Positions 1-8,711 of a DNA stretch of 28,671 nucleotides are shown here, piece after piece. The notes beneath the pieces are model-generated. The model ran no database searches. It saw nothing but the letters and a program-made list of their open reading frames with translations, and was not told the origin of the DNA. Numbering within the stretch: position 1 is the stretch's first letter; the number at the start of each line of letters is the position of its first letter. A program made the position numbers and the translations under genes. Source of the stretch: Crocosphaera sp. (GTDB taxonomy: Bacteria > Cyanobacteriota > Cyanobacteriia > Cyanobacteriales > Microcystaceae); NCBI GenBank assembly GCA_030064955.1, contig JASJDW010000039.1:1-28671 (forward strand). Reading direction: 5' to 3'.

Positions 1-2
1 AT

Positions 3-619
3 TTGGTTCGAGTCTATAATCATAAGAAGGGTTTACACATTGTTGTCCTTTACTTAGTAATAGGAAATTGGCGAATCCCTTGGAATTTTCGTGTCTATAG
101 AGGGAAAGACAATCCATCGCCGTCCCAATTGGCTTTAAAATTACTGAATACATTACCTTCTATTTTAACAAAATCCTTTCAAATTTATGTCTTGGGAGAT
201 ACGGCATTTGGGACAATTCAATTTATTAAAAAAATCCGTAGTGCTTCTTTTAATCATCAGGGAATTCTAGGAATCCCTAATACCAGAACATTAACCGATG
301 GGGGAAATATCGATGGCCAATTGAAGGTTTCTTTAAAACGGCTAAACATCAGTTTAGTCTTCACCGTTTTGGTCAAAAAACTTTATTAGGAGTTTATCGT
401 TGGTTAATTCTTTCTTTTCTTTCTTATATGTTAGCTTACTGGGTTTATTTACACAATGATAACTTTGATGACTTAGATTGGTATGATTCAGCCCAACAAG
501 CCTTAATTTTACTTCTTCCTCACATTTTACTCCTTTCTCTTCTCAGGAGGTTAAAGTTACTAAATCCCTGGTTTTATGAACATGGTTTGGAACTTTGTCT
601 CATCAGGTGCAAGATGTGA
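3..619 (+). pseudogene. DDE transposase remnant (IS4/IS701-like superfamily). It is 5'-truncated by the window edge and split into two frames near 300-308.
   Basis: Track ORF 3..389 contains VLGDTAFG, a DDE-type Asp region. My own translation of the -1 frame is open from 281. It reads YRWPIEGFFKTAKHQFSLHRFGQKTLLGVYRWLILSFLSYMLAYWVYL and runs into track ORF 428..619. This is the Y-R-x-x-x-E...K block typical of DDE transposase C-termini. No left end or terminal inverted repeat is visible. Confidence 0.7.
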
Positions 620-627
620 GTCTACCC

Positions 628-2511
628 CTAGTTGAGAGTAGGCATTTTAAACTGGTCTAAAAATATGCCAAAAGTAAGAGGAATAATCAATAAATCTAGC
701 TCAAAAGGAAGATTCAGTCGAAAATCTTTTTGCTCATATTTTTTTCTAATATTTTTGATCATCTCTGGATTAAAGTAACCTTGTTTTTTAATTAATTGAC
801 TTGATAAGATATCATTAATATATTCTCGATTAGCTTTGAATAACTCAGGGCTACCAGGAGTATGAAAAGCAAATTTTTCTCTGGTAATAATTTCAGAAGG
901 AAGAAAATTTTTTCCTATCTGTTTTAAGATATATTTTTCGGTTAATTGATTTAATTTTAAATCGGGAGGTATTTCTTTAGAAAATTCAACTATATTTATA
1001 TCTAAAAAGGGATAACGAGCTTCAACAGAATTAGCGAGAGCCATGCGATCGCCGTGATCAGACACTAAATGATCTGATAATCTTAACTTAAAATCTAGAT
1101 AGGAGCGTTGATGAATATAATGTCGAGATTGTAGTTTCTTTGGATTAACTAATTCAAAATTGAGACAATCAAATTGATTAAATCTTTCATTAAGTTCTAA
1201 AGAATATAAAGCCAGCTTTGTTTCTCGATAAGCATAGAGATCCTTTTCATAAAAAATACGACTATCTCCCCAAACTTTCAGCCTTAACTCTTCTTCTAAT
1301 ACCGTTTCCCAATTATAATTATTTATAGTCTGAGAAGAATCACTTTTTTGAGCTTGATCAAAACGATAACCGACATATCCAGCAAATAATTCATCGGCAC
1401 CTTCACCCGTTAAAATAGCTTTGATATTATTACTATTTACACAGTTTGAAAGAGCTAAAGATGCTGTATTATAGGTTTCTTTGAGAGGACATTCAGAATG
1501 ATAAATAGCTTTTGCCAAACCTTCACTAATACTGTGTCTATCAAAATTAAGATTATGATGTCTAAAATTGTTCAATTGCTTCAATAAAATGTCACGATAA
1601 TCCCCTTCACATATATCTTTATCAGTAAACCCAATGGAAAAAGAATACATTTGAGTATCTGAACAAATTTTCTGAGCAATTGCTGCTATTAACGAAGAAT
1701 CTAATCCTCCGCTAATATACATTCCAACAGGAACATCAGCTTGTAATCGATATTTGATAGATTGAATTAATATTTCTTGTAATTTTTCTGTATAATATTC
1801 TTTTGATAAATAAACAGGCTCTTCCCCAATTTTGGGATAGTCTAAATCCCAATATTCTGTCAGCTTAACTTGGCAATCTTTAATGGTCAAATAATGTCCA
1901 CTTTTGAGACTTTTTATATTTTTAAACATTGTCCTTGGACTGACCAAACCCGGAAAAGTTAAAACTTGATCTAACCCTGTTAAATCAACTTCACGAACCA
2001 CAAGGGGATGAGCTAAAATTGCTTTTATTTCTGAAGCAAAAATCAAAATATTATCAACAATTGTATAAAATAAAGGACAAATTCCCATGTGATCTCTAGC
2101 TAACATTAAGGTCTGTTCTTTGCGATCGTACAGAACAAACGCAAATTGACCGTTAAGTTTATTTAAAAATTTATGGCCATATTCTTCATATAAATGGACT
2201 AAGACTTCTACATCAGTATTTGTCCGAAATTTATGACCTTTTTTCTGTAAATTTTCCCTGAGTTCACGATAGTTAAATATCTCTCCGTTACAAACCAAGA
2301 CGATTGAATGATCTTCATTATAAAGAGGTTGTTCTCCCCCTTCTAAATCAACTAAACTCAATCTGCGAAAACCCATTCCACCATAGTTTCCCAGAAAATA
2401 GCCCGATGAATCTGGCCCCCGATGAATTATCGTATTTGCCATAGCAACTAAAATATTTTTTTGGGGACTTCGCTCTTTTTTAATATCAAAATATCCGCAA
2501 ATGCCACACAT
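628..2511 (-). CDS. asnB: Asparagine synthetase (glutamine-hydrolysing), AsnB family. It is the last gene of the cluster and is probably a tailoring or precursor amidotransferase.
   Basis: ATG at 2511. The N-terminal MCGICGYF supplies the Cys2 nucleophile of class II (Ntn) glutamine amidotransferases. The PP-loop ATP pyrophosphatase motif YISGGLDSS is present. The 627-aa length is typical of AsnB. Confidence 0.9.
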   Translation of the reverse strand: MCGICGYFDIKKERSPQKNILVAMANTIIHRGPDSSGYFLGNYGGMGFRRLSLVDLEGGEQPLYNEDHSIVLVCNGEIFNYRELRENLQKKGHKFRTNTDVEVLVHLYEEYGHKFLNKLNGQFAFVLYDRKEQTLMLARDHMGICPLFYTIVDNILIFASEIKAILAHPLVVREVDLTGLDQVLTFPGLVSPRTMFKNIKSLKSGHYLTIKDCQVKLTEYWDLDYPKIGEEPVYLSKEYYTEKLQEILIQSIKYRLQADVPVGMYISGGLDSSLIAAIAQKICSDTQMYSFSIGFTDKDICEGDYRDILLKQLNNFRHHNLNFDRHSISEGLAKAIYHSECPLKETYNTASLALSNCVNSNNIKAILTGEGADELFAGYVGYRFDQAQKSDSSQTINNYNWETVLEEELRLKVWGDSRIFYEKDLYAYRETKLALYSLELNERFNQFDCLNFELVNPKKLQSRHYIHQRSYLDFKLRLSDHLVSDHGDRMALANSVEARYPFLDINIVEFSKEIPPDLKLNQLTEKYILKQIGKNFLPSEIITREKFAFHTPGSPELFKANREYINDILSSQLIKKQGYFNPEMIKNIRKKYEQKDFRLNLPFELDLLIIPLTFGIFLDQFKMPTLN

Positions 2512-2548
2512 ACAATTTCCCTGAATAATTGAATAATAGAGACTATAG

Positions 2549-2610
2549 CAGAAGTCAGAAGTGTGAAGTTCCTCGCTACGCTGCGGCGCGACTGCACAGA
2601 AGTCAGAAGT
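2549..2610. repeat. A 14-bp direct repeat (cagaagtcagaagt, itself 2x heptamer CAGAAGT) flanking a 34-bp GC-rich core.
   Basis: cagaagtcagaagt occurs at 2549-2562 and again at 2597-2610. The intervening 2563-2596 (gtgaagttcctcgctacgctgcggcgcgactgca) is conspicuously GC-rich in an AT-rich intergenic region. Confidence 0.8.
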
Positions 2611-2626
2611 AAAAGACTTAAAAATA

Positions 2627-5600
2627 CTAGGTTATAATCAATTTTAGTTGATTAGCTAATTCTTGAACATAGGGTTCAGCTAACATCGTTATGTGATCCC
2701 CAGGAACGTCATAAACGTCTACTGGTTCAGGGGTCAATTCACTCCACCCCAAGTCTGGTTGGCGAAAACTTTGAGAAAATACCCCATCAGAATCTTCAAC
2801 TAATGGCCTTGCTGCTCGCAAAAGGGTAATTTTGCCTGGATAAATTTGAGGGATATACTCAATTAACGCTTGGTGACTGGCTTTCTGAACTGCCAAGAGG
2901 GAACAAATCATTTGCTCTCCTGCGTCTGGCGGAATGAGATTACCTTGTCTCAATTTTGCTAAAAAGTAGCTATATTGCGCTGCTGAATTCAATTGCTGGA
3001 GTTCTGTATAATCAACTTCTAAGTGAATTCCAAAAAAGCGTTCTAAAACCTGCGCTCGTTTCACTAACCATTTTGCATCATCAATTGATTCAACAACCTG
3101 TCCATGAATCGGGGCAGGTGTATCCATAATCACCAGTAAGGCGATCGCTTGTCCTTGTTTGTGTAGTTGTTGAGCCATTTCCAAAGCAACCAGTCCCCCA
3201 AAGGAGTGTCCTCCCAACAAGTAAGGACCACAAGGCTGTATCGTTTTCACCGCTTCAATGTAATAACTTGCCAAGTCAGGGATGCTAGTATAAGGGGATT
3301 TTTGTCCGTCCATTCCAGGGGCTTGCAGGGCGTAGAGAGGCTGATTGGAACTGAGATAACGTCCTAAAGCAATATATCCTAACGCATTACCCCCAATGGG
3401 ATGAGCCAAGAATAAAGGGGTCTGAGAACCTGAGCTTTGGATAGTAACTAAAGGAGACCAAGAGGCAACAGCAGATTGAGCGCGTAAAATTGTCGCCATT
3501 GCTTCAATTGTCCCATTTTCAAAAAGAATCGATAGGGGTAATTCAATCTGGAACTGTTGTTCAATCAGAGCGATTAACCGTAACGCTAGTAAAGAATGAC
3601 CCCCAACGTCAAAAAAGTTATCGGTGACACCAATGGGATGAATCTTGAGTACCTCTTCCCAAATTTGCACAAGCTTAAGCTCTATACTGTCACGAGAGGT
3701 AATCAGCATGTTTGCTGAGGAGTGTCTATTATAATCTGGCTTAGGCAGTCTCTTGCGATCCACCTTTCCGTTGGGGGTTAAGGGCAAAGTATCTAAAGTC
3801 ATGATCCAAGAAGGAATCATATAATTCGGTAAATAACCCTTGAGGTAGTCCTTGAGTTTTTGTCCTTCAAGATCAAGGCCATCTTGAGGGACAATGTAAG
3901 CGACTAACTGCCTACCTATGGGGGTTTCATCAGCGATAACCACACAGTGCTGCACCTCTGGATATTGGCCAAGTCTTGTTTCAATTTCTCCTAATTCGAT
4001 ACGAAATCCGCGAATTTTAACTTGATGGTCAATTCTACCGAGAAATTCAATGGAACCGTCTTGATGATAACGAGCTAAATCGCCAGTTTTATATAATTTT
4101 TCTGAGGTAGACCCATTGAAGAAAGGATTAGGCAGGAATTGTTGCGCTGTCAAGTCTGGTTGATTCAAATAACCTTGTGCGAGTCCAATCCCACCAATAT
4201 ACAGTTCTCCTGGTACGCCAATGGGAACGGGTTGAAGGTAGGGATCGAGAATATAAACTTGGGTATTGGCAATTGGGCGACCAATAGAGGGTTGCACTTG
4301 GGAGTGAGTACATTCGGCAATGGTGGCACAAACAGTGGTTTCCGTTGGGCCATAAGCATTGAAAAAACGACAACGATGAGACCAACGAGCAACAAGATCG
4401 GCAGAACAAGCTTCCCCTGCAACAATTAATGTCTGCAAAGCGGGAAGTTCTTCCTCTGGTAGCATGGCTAACATAGAGGGGGGTAAGGTGATGGTTGTAA
4501 TGGATTGCTCTCGTAAATGTTGCCATAATTTGACGGGATTAGACAGAATATCACGACTCACTAAGCAAAGAGTTGCCCCTCTCACTAATGCCATAAAAAT
4601 CTCACTGATTGAAGCATCAAAGCTCATGGAGGCAAATTGCAGGACACGACTATCTTCTTGAACGGCAAAGGTTTCTATCTGGGCAAGGGCTAGGTTACAT
4701 AACCCGCGATGAGCCACGAGAACCCCTTTCGGAAGACCTGTAGAACCAGACGTATAAATAATGTAGGCAGGATGGTGGGCTTTAATCTTCAGATTCGGGT
4801 TAATCTGGCTGTATTGCTCTACTTCTTGCTGATTTTGGTCTAAACAAATGATGGTAATTTTTTCTGAGGTTTGCCAACGGTTTAATGAGGTTTCCGTGAG
4901 GATAATTGGCAAGTTGGCATCTTCTACCATAAAGGCCAAACGTTCTTGAGGATAGGTGGGATCTAAGGGAACATAAACTCCCCCTGTTTTGAGAATGCCT
5001 AAGAGAGCGATCATCATTAATGGCGATCGCTCTAGAGCCATTCCTATGTGATCGCCAGGTTTTACGCCTAATGAGCGTAAATAGTGAGCTAATTGATTAG
5101 CTTGGATATTCAACTGCTGATAGGTCATTAAGCGATCATTAAAGGTTAAGGCGATCGCCTCTGGGTTACGGTTAACTTGCCCTTCAAATAGCTGATGAAT
5201 GCACACATCATCGGGATAGTCTTTTTGAGTTTGATTCCAGTCTTGGATTAACTGTTGAGATTCAGCTTGCGTCAATAAGGGCAATTCATCCAATGACTGT
5301 TGAGGATTATTGACAATAGCGGTTAATAGGGTTTGAAAATGCCCAAACATACGAGTAATTGTCGTAGCCTTAAACAAATTTGTTCGATATTCCCATCGAC
5401 TACTTAATCCTTCTTCGGTCTCTTTTAAAGATAACGTTAAATCTAATTTCGCTCTCTTGGTTTCTACGGAAAAAGAACGTAAGCTTAAACCTGGCAATTT
5501 TAATTCTGTATTGGGGACATTATAGAAGACAAAGCCCACTTGAAATAAAGGGGAATGGCTTAAGTTTCTTTCGGGTTGTAATTCTTCAACTAATTTCTCG

Positions 5601-6793
5601 AAGGGTAAATCTTGATGAGCATAAGCAGCGAGGGCCACTTCTCGCACCTTAGCTAAGAGGGACACAAAGGAGAGGTCTCCAGAAAGCTGAGTTCGTAAGA
5701 CTAAAGTATTGACAAAGCAGCCAATTAATGGTTCTAATTCTGGCTGAGAACGGCCGGCTGTAGCTGTTCCCACCAGCAAGTCTTCTTGGCGGGTATAACG
5801 ATAAAGTAGTGTTTTAAAGGCTGCTAATAGGGTCATAAATAGCGTAACCCCTTGTTGCTGACTGAAGGTTTTTAGGGCATTGCTGAGGGGTTGTGACAGA
5901 AGAAAGGACTGGCTATCTCCTTCAAAGGAAGAGGATGATGATGGGGGATAATCGGTAGGCAATTGTAGGTAGGGGAGTTGGCCTTGTAGAGTTTGTTTCC
6001 AATAACTCAGTTGTCGATTTAAAACATCTCCTTGTAACCACTTTTGTTGCCAAACGGCAAAATCTTTATATTGGAGCGGTAATTTAGGCAATGAAGCAGG
6101 ATTACCATTGTATTTTGCCTCATATAATGCCTTTAATTCTTTAACCAGTATTGCGGTAGACCAAGCATCAAAAACAAGATGATGAAGGGTTAACACTAAT
6201 ATGTACTCAAATTTAGCTAAGTGTAGCAGGGTTGCTTTTAATAAGGGAGCATTAGCTAAATTGAAGGGTTTTTGCGCCTCTTCTGTAAGTAATAACGTGA
6301 TTGCTTCGGGTTGCTGGGGTTGGGGAATTTGTTGAAGATTTAAGTGCTTGAGGGTTAATGTTACCTCTGAATGAATCACTTGTCTTGGCTGTTCGTTGAC
6401 GACGTTAATGCTAGTCCGCAAACTTTCGTGACGTTGGATAATTTCATTCAAACACTGTTCTAATCTGTCTACTTTAAGGGGTCCTCGCAGGGTAATTCCA
6501 CCACAAATATGATAAACAGAAGGATCACGAATTAACTGTTCTAAAAACCAGAGACGCTGTTGGGTAAAAGAAAGGGGAAAATGAGACTCTCTATGGACTT
6601 GGGCAGTTATTTGGGGCGGTTTTCCCTGATTTTTTTGTAATATTTCAATGATTTCTGTTTTTTTTTCCGCTATCTGACTTAATAACTGAGATGTCATTGC
6701 TCCTTGTGGCGCATGATACCGCAGACGATCGCCATCTAGCCACAACTGAATGTTACTACCACGCAATGTTGATAAAAGCTCAATAACTGTCAT
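2627..6793 (-). CDS. NRPS termination module: TubC-type N-terminal docking domain, then C-A(Tyr-like)-T-TE.
   Basis: The track ORF starts at a TTG (6850). The ATG at 6793 overlaps the upstream stop as ATGA and opens with MTVIELLSTLRGSNIQLWLDGDRLRYHAPQG, a docking domain. C domain: PLSFTQQRLWFLEQL and HHLVFDAWS. A domain: YTSGSTGLPKG, NAYGPTETT, YKTGDLARY, GRIDHQVKIRG, with hand-extracted code DASTIAAVCK. T domain: DVGGHSLLA. TE domain: GHSFGG, an Asp in IMDTPAP and a His in PGDHITM. Confidence 0.95.
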   Translation of the reverse strand: MTVIELLSTLRGSNIQLWLDGDRLRYHAPQGAMTSQLLSQIAEKKTEIIEILQKNQGKPPQITAQVHRESHFPLSFTQQRLWFLEQLIRDPSVYHICGGITLRGPLKVDRLEQCLNEIIQRHESLRTSINVVNEQPRQVIHSEVTLTLKHLNLQQIPQPQQPEAITLLLTEEAQKPFNLANAPLLKATLLHLAKFEYILVLTLHHLVFDAWSTAILVKELKALYEAKYNGNPASLPKLPLQYKDFAVWQQKWLQGDVLNRQLSYWKQTLQGQLPYLQLPTDYPPSSSSSFEGDSQSFLLSQPLSNALKTFSQQQGVTLFMTLLAAFKTLLYRYTRQEDLLVGTATAGRSQPELEPLIGCFVNTLVLRTQLSGDLSFVSLLAKVREVALAAYAHQDLPFEKLVEELQPERNLSHSPLFQVGFVFYNVPNTELKLPGLSLRSFSVETKRAKLDLTLSLKETEEGLSSRWEYRTNLFKATTITRMFGHFQTLLTAIVNNPQQSLDELPLLTQAESQQLIQDWNQTQKDYPDDVCIHQLFEGQVNRNPEAIALTFNDRLMTYQQLNIQANQLAHYLRSLGVKPGDHIGMALERSPLMMIALLGILKTGGVYVPLDPTYPQERLAFMVEDANLPIILTETSLNRWQTSEKITIICLDQNQQEVEQYSQINPNLKIKAHHPAYIIYTSGSTGLPKGVLVAHRGLCNLALAQIETFAVQEDSRVLQFASMSFDASISEIFMALVRGATLCLVSRDILSNPVKLWQHLREQSITTITLPPSMLAMLPEEELPALQTLIVAGEACSADLVARWSHRCRFFNAYGPTETTVCATIAECTHSQVQPSIGRPIANTQVYILDPYLQPVPIGVPGELYIGGIGLAQGYLNQPDLTAQQFLPNPFFNGSTSEKLYKTGDLARYHQDGSIEFLGRIDHQVKIRGFRIELGEIETRLGQYPEVQHCVVIADETPIGRQLVAYIVPQDGLDLEGQKLKDYLKGYLPNYMIPSWIMTLDTLPLTPNGKVDRKRLPKPDYNRHSSANMLITSRDSIELKLVQIWEEVLKIHPIGVTDNFFDVGGHSLLALRLIALIEQQFQIELPLSILFENGTIEAMATILRAQSAVASWSPLVTIQSSGSQTPLFLAHPIGGNALGYIALGRYLSSNQPLYALQAPGMDGQKSPYTSIPDLASYYIEAVKTIQPCGPYLLGGHSFGGLVALEMAQQLHKQGQAIALLVIMDTPAPIHGQVVESIDDAKWLVKRAQVLERFFGIHLEVDYTELQQLNSAAQYSYFLAKLRQGNLIPPDAGEQMICSLLAVQKASHQALIEYIPQIYPGKITLLRAARPLVEDSDGVFSQSFRQPDLGWSELTPEPVDVYDVPGDHITMLAEPYVQELANQLKLIIT

Positions 6794-8673
6794 AAGATTC
6801 CTTCCTCTGTTTGACCATCCAAGGATCTTGGCGAAGTTTCGGTTAACCAACGTAGTGCCTCAATACTTTCCGCTTGAGCGGCTAATGTTGGTGACTCAAA
6901 AAGAATTCGCAAGGGAACTTCGACTTGAAACGCTTTTCCCATACGAGTGACTAATTGTGTGGCTAATAGGGAATGTCCCCCTAAGGCAAAAAAGTTATCA
7001 TTAATCCCCACTTGTTTAATATTTAGTACCTTCATCCAAATTTGCGCTAACTCTTGTTCTAGTGGCGTTCTAGGGGCAATAAACTGACGATTTACGGTTT
7101 GACTAGGAGAGGGAAGTGCTTTTTTGTCTACTTTTCCTGAAATGGTTCGCGGTAACCTCTCCATGACGACAAACGATGAGGGAATCATGATCGTTGGCAA
7201 GAATTGGCTTAAAAAGTCTTTTAATCGGGCAAATTCAAGCTCTTGGTTGAGAACAACATAAGCACAGAGATATTTATTACCATTGGTGTCGTTAATATCG
7301 ATAACAACTGCATCTTTTACCGCTTGATGTAAGCGTAAATAATCTTCAATTTCTCCTAATTCTATTCTCACGCCTCGAATTTTTACTTGTTTATCTTTGC
7401 GTCCTAAATATTCAAAATTTCCATCGGGTAAAATGCGACCAAGATCCCCTGTTTTGTAGACAATATCCGTGGGATTATTACTAAAAGGATTTGGAATAAA
7501 TACCTGATTAGTTAACTCAGGTTGTTGATAATATCCTAAAGTACGATAAGGTGTGCGAATATAAATTTCTCCTACCATTCCTATCGGAGAAGCTTGTCCG
7601 CTTTCATCAACAATTAATGCAGTTGCTCCTGTCATGGGTTTTCCAATGGGAATGGTTCGCCGTTGCTGATCTGAAGACTGAATAAAATAAAAGAATTTTG
7701 TCATGGTTGTTTCAGAAGCACCATAGAGATTCACTAATTGAATTCTGTCTCCATAAATATCACACCACCGCGCAATATCTCCACTGTAAATGGTTTCTCC
7801 TGATAAGAGAATATACTGTAAATCTGAAAATAATTGTGGCGTTAAGTCTTCATTGAGAAGGGTACGAAATAAAGAGGGAACACAGTGAATCAAATTAATG
7901 TTTTGAGCGTCTATCCATCTGACTAATTTTCTTCCATCAAGAATAGTATCTACTGAGTCTGGTACACAAACCACTCCCCCAGAACACAAAGGAAGAAACA
8001 TATCTCTGAGAAAAGCATCAAAAGATGGACTTGTTAATTGACTTACGCGAGTCGATTTTTGAATTTTTAAGGTTTCAATTTCCCAGTTAATAAAATGGGC
8101 GATCGCTTTCAGACGACCTGCTATTCCTTTTGGTTTTCCAGTTGAACCAGATGTAAAATAAAGATAGCATATATCATCGGGTTGTGAGTCAATCGTAGGG
8201 AGATCTGAAACAGAATAGGCTAAATAGTTTCCCAAGTAGCTTAGGTTTGATTTTTGGGTTTCAAACATTTGTTTTTCTCTAGAAATTAATCTGAGTTGAA
8301 AAGATTCAATTTCGGTTAAATTATTGATTTTTTCAAATCCCATTGCATCAATAATTAACCACTGCAAGTTAATGTCTGAAATAATTGTTTTAAGTCGAAA
8401 ATCAGGAAGATTTGGATCTAAGGGAACAAAAACACAGCCTGCTTTTAAAATAGCAATAATCGCTATAATAATCTCAGCCGAATCTTGAGAACAAATCCCG
8501 ATTAAAGTTCCTTTCGATGCACCCTGATCAATCAAGAAATTAGCCAGTTGATTAGATTGCTGTTCAATTTGGTCATAGGTGAAATGTCGTGATTCATAAC
8601 GAATGGCAATCTTATCATTAAACTGTGCTGCATTGTGGCTAAACCAAGCTTGAATGTGAGTTTTTTTGTCCAT
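6790..8673 (-). CDS. Stand-alone NRPS adenylation-thiolation (A-T) didomain. Its predicted substrate is an acidic (D-)amino acid.
   Basis: A domain: FTSGSTGKPKG, SPSFDAFLRDMF, LYGASETT, YKTGDLGR, GRKDKQVKIRG. T domain: ALGGHSLLA. The hand-extracted code is DARHLSLMTK. The track start at 8718 is a TTG. The first ATG (MDKKTHIQAWF) is at 8673, which is the start used here. The stop overlaps the next gene's ATG. Confidence 0.9.
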   Translation of the reverse strand: MDKKTHIQAWFSHNAAQFNDKIAIRYESRHFTYDQIEQQSNQLANFLIDQGASKGTLIGICSQDSAEIIIAIIAILKAGCVFVPLDPNLPDFRLKTIISDINLQWLIIDAMGFEKINNLTEIESFQLRLISREKQMFETQKSNLSYLGNYLAYSVSDLPTIDSQPDDICYLYFTSGSTGKPKGIAGRLKAIAHFINWEIETLKIQKSTRVSQLTSPSFDAFLRDMFLPLCSGGVVCVPDSVDTILDGRKLVRWIDAQNINLIHCVPSLFRTLLNEDLTPQLFSDLQYILLSGETIYSGDIARWCDIYGDRIQLVNLYGASETTMTKFFYFIQSSDQQRRTIPIGKPMTGATALIVDESGQASPIGMVGEIYIRTPYRTLGYYQQPELTNQVFIPNPFSNNPTDIVYKTGDLGRILPDGNFEYLGRKDKQVKIRGVRIELGEIEDYLRLHQAVKDAVVIDINDTNGNKYLCAYVVLNQELEFARLKDFLSQFLPTIMIPSSFVVMERLPRTISGKVDKKALPSPSQTVNRQFIAPRTPLEQELAQIWMKVLNIKQVGINDNFFALGGHSLLATQLVTRMGKAFQVEVPLRILFESPTLAAQAESIEALRWLTETSPRSLDGQTEEGIL

Positions 8674-8711
8674 ATTGATAAGGATAAATTGTGTTAGTTG
8701 TCGAGAAATAT

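Noticed and set aside
2563-2596. The GC-rich core between the NRPS and asnB as a rho-independent terminator.
   Set aside because: I could find only a 4-bp complementary pair (tcgc/gcga) and no following U-tract on the coding strand, so a terminator call is not supported.
6794-6850. The 19-codon N-terminal extension (MVNRNFAKILGWSNRGRNL) of the termination NRPS in the ORF track.
   Set aside because: The codon at 6848-6850 is TTG, not ATG. The extension overlaps the upstream gene by 61 nt. The ATG at 6793 gives a clean ATGA overlap and starts exactly at the docking domain.
3167-6950. Short track ORFs inside or opposite the termination NRPS: 3167..3367+, 4128..4526-, 4139..4429+, 4165..4425-, 4464..4661+, 5380..5652+ and 6750..6950+.
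   Set aside because: They lie entirely within a long, motif-rich NRPS reading frame. Their translations are low-complexity with no recognisable motifs. They are shadow or alternative-frame ORFs.
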